Below are positions 41,471-51,877 of a stretch of 64,000 bases of DNA, piece by piece (position 1 is the stretch's first letter; each line of letters begins with the position of its first letter). The translations under genes were made by a program, and so were the position numbers. The notes under the pieces were generated by a model that saw only the letters and a program-made list of their open reading frames with translations, searched no databases and was not told where the DNA came from. The DNA lies in NCBI GenBank assembly GCA_027078545.1, contig JALWXN010000001.1, positions 1 to 64,000 of the forward strand, read 5' to 3'. The stretch comes from Nitrososphaeria archaeon. GTDB lineage: Archaea; Thermoproteota; Nitrososphaeria; Geothermarchaeales; JDFR-13.

Positions 41471-42885
41471 TGTATGGGATGGGTATTAAGGACATAGTAT
41501 CGGAGTTCCTGCGTTTCAAGAGTGGGCTGATCGGCGTCTTCCTCCTACTAATCATTGTAGGGATGGCTATCGCTGCCCCGGTAATCAGTGATGAAGAGGC
41601 GGGTTACCGCTGGTATGACATCGAGTGGTGGACAGAGAAGAACATCCCTAAGGGTGTCCCACCTGAGTGGATAGGTATTATCGAGGGTAGGGAGTATGCA
41701 TCTACCACTGAGTTTACGTATACCATACCTAGTAGGGATGGCTTCAGATTTACCTTCAACATATCGTATGACATGACGGCGGACGTCCCGCCCTCGGACA
41801 TAATCCTATATATAAACGTGTCGAAGGCTGAGGGTGCTGCGGATGAGGAGTATATCGTGATCATGAGTATCTATAGGCCTGACGGCACAAAGATCGACCG
41901 TGTCCTCGACCTGACCACAGCGGCTCCCTTGGCTAAGATTACGATCTCCACAGATGATAGGGCTAGATCCACGATAGTGACCTTCATGAAGAAATATGAT
42001 CCTGAAAACTTCGAGGATATCACGTCTCGTGGCCTCCTGGAGGTTATAGATATTGTTAAGATCTTATTCTCGGAGGCTCAGGAGGATGTTCTTCTAGAGA
42101 AGGCGCCTCCTCTTAAGGGGGAGTATAAGTTTGAGATCACCCTCTTCAGGAGAAGTACCAATGTAACCTTTAACGAGGCTAAGCTGGTGGTTCTAGGCTC
42201 TGCATACGGTATCTTCGGGACTGACAGTTTCGGAAGGGATATCTTTGTGGGTATTATCTGGGGGGCTAGGATAGCTCTCGTCCTAGGCCTCGTCGTAGCT
42301 ATAGTCAGCGTCTTGATAGGGGTTGTCTATGGAACGGTTAGTGCATATGTGGGTGGATGGACGGATGAGGTCCTCCAGCGTATACAGGAGTTCGCAATCT
42401 CAATCCCCCTCCTACCACTACTCCTGATCCTGGCATACACCTTTAAGCCCACGATATGGAACCTTATACTTCTGCTCATAGTATTCTCGTGGCCAGGCCC
42501 TGTAAAGACTATCCGCAGCATGGCCCTGCAGATACGTGAGCAGCTCTATATAACGGCTGCTAAGGCGGTAGGTGCCTCGACCTCTAGGATAGTGCTTAGA
42601 TATATCCTTCCACAGATACTGCCATACACCTTCGCACTGGTGGCCTTCGCCGTCCCAGGAGCTATCCTGACCGAGGCCGGTGTAAGCTTCCTACTAGGTG
42701 CACAGGGTACGCTGGAGATTACCTGGGGACGTATACTGAGTGACGCTGAGAGGAAGAGCGCGGTTCTCACTGGTATGTGGTGGTGGGTCCTCCCGCCAGG
42801 CCTCATGATAGCCATATCTGGCCTGGCCTTCGTCTTGATAGGCACTGCTCTGGATCGTGTCCTCAACCCGAGACTGCTCAGGTGA
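41470..42885 (+). CDS. dppC: Peptide ABC transporter permease with extracytoplasmic insertion
   Basis: GTDSFGRD, AAKAVGA, WWWVLPPG, LNPRL. Confidence 0.92.
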   Translation: MYGMGIKDIVSEFLRFKSGLIGVFLLLIIVGMAIAAPVISDEEAGYRWYDIEWWTEKNIPKGVPPEWIGIIEGREYASTTEFTYTIPSRDGFRFTFNISYDMTADVPPSDIILYINVSKAEGAADEEYIVIMSIYRPDGTKIDRVLDLTTAAPLAKITISTDDRARSTIVTFMKKYDPENFEDITSRGLLEVIDIVKILFSEAQEDVLLEKAPPLKGEYKFEITLFRRSTNVTFNEAKLVVLGSAYGIFGTDSFGRDIFVGIIWGARIALVLGLVVAIVSVLIGVVYGTVSAYVGGWTDEVLQRIQEFAISIPLLPLLLILAYTFKPTIWNLILLLIVFSWPGPVKTIRSMALQIREQLYITAAKAVGASTSRIVLRYILPQILPYTFALVAFAVPGAILTEAGVSFLLGAQGTLEITWGRILSDAERKSAVLTGMWWWVLPPGLMIAISGLAFVLIGTALDRVLNPRLLR

Positions 42886-42892
42886 TCTGGCC

Positions 42893-43852
42893 ATGTCGTC
42901 CGACCTAGCACTGGATGTGAGGGATCTAAAGGTATACTACTACACCTATGCAGGTGTAGTGAAGGCAGTGGAGGGTGTCTCCTTCCAGCTCCGGAAGGGT
43001 GAGACCCTCGGGCTGGCCGGTGAGTCTGGGTGTGGCAAGAGTACGCTGGGCTTCTCTTTGATGAACCTAGTCCCCCCGCCCGGCAGGATAGCTGGTGGGA
43101 GCATCTACCTAGACGGTATGGATATCGCGAAGATGAGTGAGGAGGAGCTTAGGAGGAAGATTAGGTGGAAGAAGATCAGCATGGTCTTCCAGGGGGCTAT
43201 GAACGCATTGACACCAGTATACAAGATTGGTGACCAGCTGGCCGAGCCCCTCATGGTCCATAAGGGGCTGGAGAAGAATGAGGCTATAGAGGAGGCCAAG
43301 AAGATCCTCCCCAAGGTCGGCCTCGACCCAGAGATTGTGAATAGGTATCCACATGAGCTTAGCGGTGGGATGAAGCAGCGTGTAATGATTGCTATGGCCC
43401 TTGTCCTGAGGCCGGAGGTCGTCATAGCTGATGAGCCTACAACGGCTCTAGACGTGATTGTCCAGGCCCAGATCCTCAACCTCCTGAAGAGCCTTAAGAA
43501 GGAATTCAACATCAGCTTGATACTCATCTCGCACGACCTGAGTATCATGGCTGAGGTGGTTGAGAGGCTAGCGATAATGTATGCAGGTAAGATGGTGGAG
43601 ATAGGCTCCAGCGATGAGCTCTTCGCGGATCCCAAGCATCCCTATACTCAGGGCCTCCTAAAGAGTATCCCCAAACTGACTGAGAAGGGCCTCCACTACA
43701 TCCCTGGAACGCCTCCAGACCTTAGGAACCCGCCCCAGGGATGTAGGTTCGCCGATAGGTGTCCATTCGTATTTGATAAGTGTAGGCGGGAGGAGCCCCC
43801 GATGTTCAAGGTGGGGGAGACCCAGTATGCCGCGTGCTGGCTATATGAGTAG
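42893..43852 (+). CDS. dppD: Peptide ABC transporter ATP-binding protein
   Basis: GESGCGKS, LSGGM, DEPTT, HPYT, GCRFADRC. Confidence 0.94.
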   Translation: MSSDLALDVRDLKVYYYTYAGVVKAVEGVSFQLRKGETLGLAGESGCGKSTLGFSLMNLVPPPGRIAGGSIYLDGMDIAKMSEEELRRKIRWKKISMVFQGAMNALTPVYKIGDQLAEPLMVHKGLEKNEAIEEAKKILPKVGLDPEIVNRYPHELSGGMKQRVMIAMALVLRPEVVIADEPTTALDVIVQAQILNLLKSLKKEFNISLILISHDLSIMAEVVERLAIMYAGKMVEIGSSDELFADPKHPYTQGLLKSIPKLTEKGLHYIPGTPPDLRNPPQGCRFADRCPFVFDKCRREEPPMFKVGETQYAACWLYE

Positions 43853-43864
43853 GAGGTGGGCATC

Positions 43865-44983
43865 ATGACAAAGGAGTTCACCCCCCAGGACTATGTGAAG
43901 GAGCTTGGCGAGGATGATCTCCTCGCTGTGAGGGACCTTGTGAAATACTTCCCTATACGCCGCTCCGTCATCGACGTGATAGCTAGGCGTAGGCAGAAAT
44001 TTGTAAGGGCTGTTGACCACATCTCATTCGACATAAAGAAGGGTGTGATCTTCTCCCTCGTAGGTGAGTCAGGCTGTGGTAAGACCACCACGGGAATGAC
44101 GCTTGTACGTCTATACGACCCTACCTCTGGCCACATATTCTTCAAGGTTGATGAGGAGACGAGGAAGAAGCTAGACGACATCTCCGGTGGCAGGATAAAG
44201 TTCTACGATGGATACGTGGACCTTGCACAGGTGCCTAGTAAGTGGATGAAGCCGCTCAGGACGAAGCTCCAGATCATCTTCCAAGACCCATACTCCTCAC
44301 TCAACCCTGCATATAGGATTAGGGACATATTGATGGAGCCCCTCATAATACATGGCATAGGTGACAGCCCTGAGGAGAGGTATGAGATCATACTGAAGGC
44401 CCTTGAGGCGGTTAAGCTTGTCCCCGCCGAGGATATTGCGAACCGCTTCCCCCACATGCTCAGCGGTGGCCAGAGGCAGCGTGTAAACATTGCGAAGGCC
44501 CTACTCCTAAACCCCTCATTCGTGGTTGCTGATGAGCCTATAGCCATGATAGACGTCTCGCTCAGGGCTGAGGTTCTACTCTCGATCCTAGACCTCAAGG
44601 AGAAGTTCGGTGTCAGCGTCCTATTCATCACACACGACCTGACCATAGCCTATAACATCAGCGACTATATCGGGGTGATGTATCTAGGTAAGCTGGTGGA
44701 GCTGGGCTCGGCCGAGCAGATCATTAAAAACCCGCTACACCCGTATACACAGGCATTGGTAGCGGCTATACCCATCCCAGACCCAAAGAGGAGGCACATC
44801 ATAAAGGACATAAGGATCAAGGGCGAGATCACGAGTGCGGTCAACGTACCCCCTGGCTGCCGCTTCCACCCGAGATGCGTTGCCTTCGACGAGCATCCCG
44901 AGGTTCAGGCTAGGTGTAAAGCCGAGGAACCCAGGCTTATAGAGGTAGAGAAGGGCCACTACGTCGCTTGCCACCTCTACTAA
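43865..44983 (+). CDS. dppF: Peptide ABC transporter ATP-binding protein
   Basis: GESGCGKT, LSGGQ, DEP, HPYT, GCRFHPRC. Confidence 0.94.
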   Translation: MTKEFTPQDYVKELGEDDLLAVRDLVKYFPIRRSVIDVIARRRQKFVRAVDHISFDIKKGVIFSLVGESGCGKTTTGMTLVRLYDPTSGHIFFKVDEETRKKLDDISGGRIKFYDGYVDLAQVPSKWMKPLRTKLQIIFQDPYSSLNPAYRIRDILMEPLIIHGIGDSPEERYEIILKALEAVKLVPAEDIANRFPHMLSGGQRQRVNIAKALLLNPSFVVADEPIAMIDVSLRAEVLLSILDLKEKFGVSVLFITHDLTIAYNISDYIGVMYLGKLVELGSAEQIIKNPLHPYTQALVAAIPIPDPKRRHIIKDIRIKGEITSAVNVPPGCRFHPRCVAFDEHPEVQARCKAEEPRLIEVEKGHYVACHLY

Positions 44984-45117
44984 CTGGCTAACCAGCAACT
45001 AAAATCCTTTTTCCACATATTCCTAAAAATGAGGTTTTACACTGGATTTCCACGGGTTTTGGGGCTTTAAGATATATAAAGCCTGTGTCCGTGTATAATT
45101 TGTGAGGTGTTACTTCT

Positions 45118-48045
45118 ATGAATAGGGCAGCATGGTCCATAGTACTCGCTATTCTACTCGTGTTGCCGGTGTTCTTCATCCAGGCACCAGTATATGCCCA
45201 GGAGAGGCCGGGGCCACCTGCAGACAAGGTTCTCGTAGAGGTTAGGCTGACGCAGGATGTCGGTCTAGCAGACGTAGCTGCTGGTAAGGCAGACATATTC
45301 ATGTGGGGTGTCTCACCAGCGACGCTGGCCCAGCTCTCAGAGGCTCTGAGGCAGAACCTTAAGACCTACCAGTCAAGGTCCTCATTCTGGTCATATGTCT
45401 TCAACCCTGTGGAGAGCCCTGAGCTGGGTCCAGGCATAGTGAACACGACATCCGGTGAGGTACACTTCAACCCATTCGCTATCAGGGAAGTAAGGTTCGC
45501 CATGAACTACGCCCTTAACAGGAAGTTCCTGATCGACGAGATCCTGCTGGGCGGCGGTGAGCCGATGTACTCACCAGTGATGGTCAGCAACCCGTTCCAC
45601 GTGTGGGTTGAGCCATTCATCAGGGAGTTCGGCTTCACCGAGGAGGGCAACCTAGAGCTTGCAAAGCAGATGGTTGACGCAGCCCTTACAGAGGTGGCTA
45701 ACCAGCTAGAGGGTACAGGATATACCTTGGAGAAGGTCACTGATCCAGAGTCCCCAGCAGGGTTCTGGTGGAAGTTTAGCGGTCCAGGCGTGCCTGGCGG
45801 TGAGGAGATTGTAACTGTGAAGTTCATAGTAAGGGTTGAGGATGAGAGGAGAGAGGGTGGTAGGGCCTTCGCCTCATGGATAGAGCAGACAGGTATAAAG
45901 GTTGAGATCGCCGAGACTGAGAGGAGGCTCGCCATCAGCACGGTATACATTACAAACCCAAGGGACTATAGGTGGAACATCTATACCGAGGGCTGGATAT
46001 CGCTCTCGGACTTCCCATACATTGAGCTCGATGCAGTATTCTTCTACTCATCGACCTTCGGCTTCGTACCTGCATTCCCACTGGAGGACTGGATAGTATA
46101 TAGGAACGAGACAATTGACGAGCTATCCTTCCAGCTGGTTCAGGGTACACTCCCAGATAAGGAGTCCTATGAGCAGACAGTGAAGACTCTTATCAAGATG
46201 GGTATGCAGGAGTCTGTCAGGGTATTCGCCGTTAACACGATCGAGTATTGGGCAGCCAGCGCAGACCTGACCAACGTGATACCTGGATTCGTAACTGGTC
46301 CGGCTAACATGTGGTTCTACAGGACGGCGACTACTGAGGACGGTATCATTAGGCTTCTAGAGTATTCTGCCCAGGGTCAGCTATTCCTGACGGTGTGGAA
46401 CCCAGTTCTAGGTTTCCAGGGTTACTACGCAGAGATTATAAGGGCGGCTGTTAGGGACTACGGTATATTCCCACACCCGAGGCTAGGTGAGCCAACAGCT
46501 GTGAGGGCTGACTTCGTGGTTGAGAAGCAGTTCGATATAGTGGAGGGTACACTAGTGCCTCAGTACCCAGTGCCGGCAACGGCATTGGTGTTCGACCCAG
46601 TGGCTGAGGAGTGGGTAGAGATTGGTGAGGAGACTACATCGCTGGTCAAGATAACGTACAACTTCAAGTTCAGCAAGTTCCACGACGGCACAATGATGGG
46701 TATAGCTGATGTCATGGCTGCACTGGCCTTCACATATGAGTGGGCTAGCATGGACTTTGAGGGCGACCCGTTCTACGACAGCTCAATAGATAGTGGCGCT
46801 ACACCATTCCTAGAGACAATTAAGGGTATAGAGATAATTAACGAGACTGCTATAGCTGTATATGCTGACTATTATCACCCGTACTCCGACGGAGCAATTG
46901 CAATGAACTATGACTTCTTTACAGACCTACCGGTGCAGATCTGGGATGCTATGGAGTACGTAGTAGTGGCCAATGGCCCAGCAACTGGTACAGACTACTA
47001 CTGGGAGGATGTTGAGCCAGAGGTCGGTCTGGACCTGATTAGTGCGTCCCACGCAGAGGACATCAAGGCTGCTATGGAGAACCTACTTAACGAGGGCTGG
47101 ACCGTAGAGGTAAATGGCAGCGTCGTGAGGCAGATAGACGCTCCATACGTATCGCCATACGCAGCACCATGGCTAACGGCTGACGAGGCTGCTGAAAGGT
47201 TCCAGAACTCGATAGCCTTCATCGAGGAGTTTGGCCACGCATACATTAGCAACGGTCCATTCATGATCGAGCAGTATAGGCCTGAGGAGAGGTTCATGGA
47301 GCTAACAGCCTTCAGGGATGAGTCCTATCCATTCACTGAGCAGCAGTTCCTAGAGCAGTTCTCAGTTGCCTTCCTAAGGATCGACGCTGTAGAGGTGCCT
47401 GACGACATGTTCGTCGGTGAGGACATACCAGTAACAGTCTACCTGACCTACGTAGAGACATTCCCGAACGAGATCGCAGTACCAGCATCACAGGGTGAGG
47501 TCATTGTAAAGCTATTGACTCTAGACGGTGAGGAGATAGCTGCTGCAAGGGCCAGTCTAATAGAGCCAGGTAGGTTCGACGCCATACTGCCAGGTGCCAG
47601 GACAAGAGGCATAGCCCCAGGAGTATACCAGATAGAGGTATTCGCAACATTCGGTGGCCTATATGGATGGAAGCAGGTCATCACTGTAGAGCTCCAGCCC
47701 AACCCGACACAGACGAGGCTAGATGAGATAACTGACAGGCTCAACGGCCTGTCAGAGGCCTTGGCACAGCTCTCTGACAACCTAGCCAACGCACTTAACA
47801 GCGTAAGCGAGGCCCTAGGCGAGATAGACACAGCCATCTCCGGCCTAGGCGACCAGCTAGGCAACCTTGGTGACCAGCTAGACAACCAGGCACAGACTCA
47901 GACGCAGCAGTTCAACGACCTACAGAACTCGCTAGACGAGCTGTCACAGAAGCTAGACGCACTATCAATGGTGACGACGCTGCTGATACTGATAGTGATA
48001 CTGCAGCTAGCATCCATCGGACTCTTCTTCATCAAGAGGAAGTAG
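45118..48045 (+). CDS. dppA: Family-5 ABC substrate-binding protein with C-terminal coiled coil and TM anchor
   Basis: Signal peptide, NPFAIREVRFAMN, FHDG, SNGPF motifs; heptad stalk, TM helix and KRK tail. Confidence 0.88.
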   Translation: MNRAAWSIVLAILLVLPVFFIQAPVYAQERPGPPADKVLVEVRLTQDVGLADVAAGKADIFMWGVSPATLAQLSEALRQNLKTYQSRSSFWSYVFNPVESPELGPGIVNTTSGEVHFNPFAIREVRFAMNYALNRKFLIDEILLGGGEPMYSPVMVSNPFHVWVEPFIREFGFTEEGNLELAKQMVDAALTEVANQLEGTGYTLEKVTDPESPAGFWWKFSGPGVPGGEEIVTVKFIVRVEDERREGGRAFASWIEQTGIKVEIAETERRLAISTVYITNPRDYRWNIYTEGWISLSDFPYIELDAVFFYSSTFGFVPAFPLEDWIVYRNETIDELSFQLVQGTLPDKESYEQTVKTLIKMGMQESVRVFAVNTIEYWAASADLTNVIPGFVTGPANMWFYRTATTEDGIIRLLEYSAQGQLFLTVWNPVLGFQGYYAEIIRAAVRDYGIFPHPRLGEPTAVRADFVVEKQFDIVEGTLVPQYPVPATALVFDPVAEEWVEIGEETTSLVKITYNFKFSKFHDGTMMGIADVMAALAFTYEWASMDFEGDPFYDSSIDSGATPFLETIKGIEIINETAIAVYADYYHPYSDGAIAMNYDFFTDLPVQIWDAMEYVVVANGPATGTDYYWEDVEPEVGLDLISASHAEDIKAAMENLLNEGWTVEVNGSVVRQIDAPYVSPYAAPWLTADEAAERFQNSIAFIEEFGHAYISNGPFMIEQYRPEERFMELTAFRDESYPFTEQQFLEQFSVAFLRIDAVEVPDDMFVGEDIPVTVYLTYVETFPNEIAVPASQGEVIVKLLTLDGEEIAAARASLIEPGRFDAILPGARTRGIAPGVYQIEVFATFGGLYGWKQVITVELQPNPTQTRLDEITDRLNGLSEALAQLSDNLANALNSVSEALGEIDTAISGLGDQLGNLGDQLDNQAQTQTQQFNDLQNSLDELSQKLDALSMVTTLLILIVILQLASIGLFFIKRK

Positions 48046-48055
48046 CCCACCCAAC

Positions 48056-48092
48056 CCCTCCTTTTTAAAACCCTCCAAAATTTTTATAAAAC
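48056..48092 (+). terminator. Pyrimidine/T-tract terminator after the binding-protein gene
   Basis: CCCCTCCTTTTT...TTTTT shortly after the stop codon. Confidence 0.5.
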
Positions 48093-48166
48093 CCTCCTGA
48101 CGGATACATAACTCCTCCTAGAGATATCAAACCCTTTATGAGGGCATACAACCAACATATAATGGT

Positions 48167-49315
48167 ATGTCTAGAGGCGGTGGTAGCTTTGCACGATACT
48201 TGGTAGCTATATATCTATCGACCCTCATCATAGGGCTCCTCCTCACTTATTGGGTGGCCAAGTCGGAGGTGGATTCCGCTGTATCTGGTGTAGAGATAGA
48301 GGTGCTCGCAAAGATATATAGCCTATCCTACCAGGCGGAGAACATTACCCAGCCAAAATTCAATAACTTGACTCGGGAGTTGTTGGGTCTCGAGCCCGAG
48401 AGGCTCTACGGCTTCCTATATATTGCCCAGCCGGAGACTAGTTGGGTCTATAGGGCTGGATACATAAACATATTCCTATTCTTCGGTGGGTTTGACAGTA
48501 GGTATTTCGCCGGGTTCTCCATCCCCAGGATACAGTTCTTCCTAGCAACACCTGATTATGACGAGCTGGGAATCGATGAGCCTGGTGATGGTGAGGTATT
48601 GATTGTTCTGGATGAGAGGTATAGGCTTAGGGATGACCCTATCTTTGAGGTGGTACTTGATGAGAGTTGGCTGGCTCTGTACTATCCAAGTGTATTGTCA
48701 ATAAACCTGACCTACACCACAATATTCATGGATACGGAGCCCCTGAGAAGAGCACTAGGGATACCCGAGGAGGTTGGGTATGATGGTGAGACATATGACT
48801 TCACAAGGACGCCGCCGATCTATCTATTGGTGAACCTGAAGACCTATGCAGACATCCTCGATGTTACATACCCCGTTATCTCGGGAGAGGTGCTTAGGGC
48901 GGAGTGGGTGCTGAGCGGCTTCGAGACATATGTAGAGGCGGCCTCCAAACCAGTCTCTCTCAGGGAGCGGATCATTAATGTCGTGTACTCCCTTGGGATA
49001 GAGGATGTGGAGGTAGTCTTGCTAAATATTGATGAGCTTGATAGGGCTGCTAGGCCAGCCAATCTCTACTCCCTATATGGGATCATATTCCTTGTGGTGG
49101 CTACAATCCCCGCCTTATACCTCGGCAGACGTTATAGGCGTAGAAGAGCCGGTCTAGACGGCTACGCAGTGATGGTGTATCTACTCATCCTGATCATCCT
49201 TATAGCCGTTCTGAGGATCCAGTACTACGTTAACCTTGTGACACTACTCCTATACGCTACACTACCCATACTCGTCTCCCTCTACATCAGCCTTAAATCT
49301 AGGCGGCGCATATGA
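48167..49315 (+). CDS. Membrane protein (1 TM, large extracytoplasmic domain, 3 TM)
   Basis: Hydrophobicity pattern; no recognised motif. Confidence 0.65.
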   Translation: MSRGGGSFARYLVAIYLSTLIIGLLLTYWVAKSEVDSAVSGVEIEVLAKIYSLSYQAENITQPKFNNLTRELLGLEPERLYGFLYIAQPETSWVYRAGYINIFLFFGGFDSRYFAGFSIPRIQFFLATPDYDELGIDEPGDGEVLIVLDERYRLRDDPIFEVVLDESWLALYYPSVLSINLTYTTIFMDTEPLRRALGIPEEVGYDGETYDFTRTPPIYLLVNLKTYADILDVTYPVISGEVLRAEWVLSGFETYVEAASKPVSLRERIINVVYSLGIEDVEVVLLNIDELDRAARPANLYSLYGIIFLVVATIPALYLGRRYRRRRAGLDGYAVMVYLLILIILIAVLRIQYYVNLVTLLLYATLPILVSLYISLKSRRRI

Positions 49316-49361
49316 AGATATCTTAATCTCCGGGAAGTGGGGAGGGTGGGTTTGGAGATCC

Positions 49362-51203
49362 ATGTCTAAGAAGGTCTCTCTGAAGAGGGAGATAGGTCTA
49401 CTCGGCTCCTTCTCCATGGGCTTCGCAGATGTTGGTGCAGATGTCTTCCTAGCCATAGGTATAGTTGCACTATATGCAGCCGGTTTCTCACCACTAGCAT
49501 TCTTAATAGCCTCTATATGCTACATAACGACTGGCCTAGTCTATGCGGAGCTCAGTGAGCTATATCCCTATGCAGGTGGCGCACAGGTATATGGAACTAA
49601 GGCGGGTGGTGATGCTTTAGGATTTCTGATGGGATGGGCAATACTTCTTGACTATGTCTTGAACATCGCCCTATTCTCCATAGCCTCTGCTGGATACCTC
49701 TCATTTATACTCCCCAACCTCAGAGAAGAAATTAGTTTTCTGGGTTTGGAGCTTAGTGGTGTAGGCGTAACTGCCTTCAGCATCGTGATTTTTCTGATAA
49801 TCCTTAACATTATAGGTATTAAAGAGTCTAGTGATTTCAACGTAGTACTCGTTCTTGTAACCATAGCTACTGAGTTGGCGGTGCTTAGCCTTGGATACCT
49901 ATACGCATTCGATTTAGACCGTTTCTTTGAACAGTTGAACTATTTTGGAAATCCAGAGGGAGTGAAGTATGTCTCCTACACAGGACTTCTAGATGTACGG
50001 ACAGAGAACTTCCTATATGGCGTCACCCTCGCCATGAGTAGCTACATAGGAATTGAATCAATAGCACAGGCGGCTGAGGAGACTAGGAATCCTTGGAAAC
50101 ATCTCCACAGAGCTTTTAAAATTGGGATTGTAGCAGTCGTCTTTTTCACCCTCGCCTTTTCAATCCTAGGTTTGGGGGTTCTGGGCTGGGAAGTTCTTGC
50201 CGAGGAGGCATATAACCCGATAGCATCTATAGCTAGTAAGGTTCCAGTTATTGGTGGGATATTCTCACTAAGTGTAGCCTTCGTGGCGTTTGCTATAAAC
50301 ATGGTATCTACAAATACGGGTGTCATCGGTGTTTCTCGTGTAGTATATAGCATGTCCAGATTCAAGATGCTGCCCAAGGTGTTTAGTAGGTTACACCCCA
50401 CTAGGGCCACTCCATATGTTAGCATCATAGTCTTTAGTTTGATAGGTGGATCCCTAGCCCTAACGGGGGAAATACACTTTGTAGCCAGTCTCTACAACTT
50501 TGGTGCTTTGCTAAGCTACTTCTTAGTAAACCTTAGTCATATAAGGCTGAGGAAGATAGATAAAGAGGCTTACAGACACTGGAAGACACCACTCAACATA
50601 AAGATAAAAGGTGTAGAGTATAGCCTCGTATCGATCGTTGGGTTGGTATCTACAGGTGTTCTTTTCAGTCTTGTCGTCATCTACCACCCAGATGGAAGGA
50701 TACTAGGGTTTACTTGGATGTTCATCGGAGCCCTGCTCTATGTAGCTTACAGAAAGGCGAAGGGCTGGGGCGTCTTTGAAAGGAGAAGCGTGGAAGAGAT
50801 ACCACCAGCAACCCCACACCTTAGAACAGCAGTAATAGTGAAGCCTGGGGTGGATCCGAGAAGAGTATTAGCCGCCATAGAAACACAGCTTCCAAGGATA
50901 CATAGAATATTTCTCATTGGCCACTTGGATATACCTAGTGGTGGTGGAAAGGTGGCTGTCGATTTGGCTAAGGAGTTTGACAGGGAGCTGGAAACTTTAG
51001 AGAGACTTCTAAGAGAGGCTGGATATCTCGTGGAGCACCGTATATTCGTTGGTGGGGAGGATGGGCTTATGAGGCTTCTAAGCGACTTATCAGTGGATCA
51101 GGCGGCCTTCATAGCGCCTAAGAGGGTGTTTAGGAAGGCTGGGCGCTGGGGCCTGCTACGCCTCCCCGCTGGTGTCGAGCCTATCTACCTATATATAGAC
51201 TAG
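49362..51203 (+). CDS. APC-family amino acid permease with C-terminal soluble (USP-like) domain
   Basis: YAELS..P.AGG, GIESIAQAAEE, SRVVYSMSR, TPYVSI. Confidence 0.9.
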   Translation: MSKKVSLKREIGLLGSFSMGFADVGADVFLAIGIVALYAAGFSPLAFLIASICYITTGLVYAELSELYPYAGGAQVYGTKAGGDALGFLMGWAILLDYVLNIALFSIASAGYLSFILPNLREEISFLGLELSGVGVTAFSIVIFLIILNIIGIKESSDFNVVLVLVTIATELAVLSLGYLYAFDLDRFFEQLNYFGNPEGVKYVSYTGLLDVRTENFLYGVTLAMSSYIGIESIAQAAEETRNPWKHLHRAFKIGIVAVVFFTLAFSILGLGVLGWEVLAEEAYNPIASIASKVPVIGGIFSLSVAFVAFAINMVSTNTGVIGVSRVVYSMSRFKMLPKVFSRLHPTRATPYVSIIVFSLIGGSLALTGEIHFVASLYNFGALLSYFLVNLSHIRLRKIDKEAYRHWKTPLNIKIKGVEYSLVSIVGLVSTGVLFSLVVIYHPDGRILGFTWMFIGALLYVAYRKAKGWGVFERRSVEEIPPATPHLRTAVIVKPGVDPRRVLAAIETQLPRIHRIFLIGHLDIPSGGGKVAVDLAKEFDRELETLERLLREAGYLVEHRIFVGGEDGLMRLLSDLSVDQAAFIAPKRVFRKAGRWGLLRLPAGVEPIYLYID

Positions 51204-51221
51204 TGGGGGAAGTGGTATTGT

Positions 51222-51458
51222 ATGAAGGCGATTGTCCTGATCGTGGTTGAGCCGAATAAGCTTGACCATGTATGTAAGGAGCTGAGTAAGATAGAGGAGG
51301 TTGTGAAGGTCTACGAGATAACCGGGGAGTTCGACGTATTCATAGAGGTGGATATGGAGGATGTACAGAGCTTTAGACGCCTCCTCAAGGATAAGATTAT
51401 GAAGATCAGTGGTGTCCGCATGACCCAGAGCAGCATAGTCATAGGTGAGTGGAAGTAG
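51222..51458 (+). CDS. Stand-alone Lrp/AsnC ligand-binding (RAM) domain
   Basis: VYEITGEFD, ISGVRMTQSSI; no HTH. Confidence 0.88.
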   Translation: MKAIVLIVVEPNKLDHVCKELSKIEEVVKVYEITGEFDVFIEVDMEDVQSFRRLLKDKIMKISGVRMTQSSIVIGEWK

Positions 51459-51460
51459 TG

Positions 51461-51874
51461 ATGCGCCTCCTCATCCCAGTAGGGCTATACACATCCCCAT
51501 ACCCATATCTACACCTCCCGAAGATCGTGGGGCCGCAGGAGGTGGAGGCGACGGTATTCACAGCGATCCCCATACCCCAGGTAACTAGTCTGGACCATGT
51601 GCGTGAGGAGGAGCTTGAGATCATAAAGAAGTATCAGGATAAGCTACGGGAGATCGGGGGTGTGTTGAGGGATCTGGGCTACACTGTGACGGAGAAGATC
51701 GTCTTCGCCCGTGACGTCGCCGAGGCTATATACCAAGAGTCTATCGAGACTCCATACGACCTCATAGTCCTGGTTAAGAGGAAGAAGCCGCCACGCTTCC
51801 TAGGCAGGAGTGTGAGCAGGTCACTTATACATAGGGTTGACAAGCCACTCCTAATCCTGACCATGGAGGACTAG
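51461..51874 (+). CDS. Universal stress protein
   Basis: VAEAI...YDLIVL...FLGRSVSRSLI...PLLIL. Confidence 0.8.
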   Translation: MRLLIPVGLYTSPYPYLHLPKIVGPQEVEATVFTAIPIPQVTSLDHVREEELEIIKKYQDKLREIGGVLRDLGYTVTEKIVFARDVAEAIYQESIETPYDLIVLVKRKKPPRFLGRSVSRSLIHRVDKPLLILTMED

Positions 51875-51877
51875 GCC

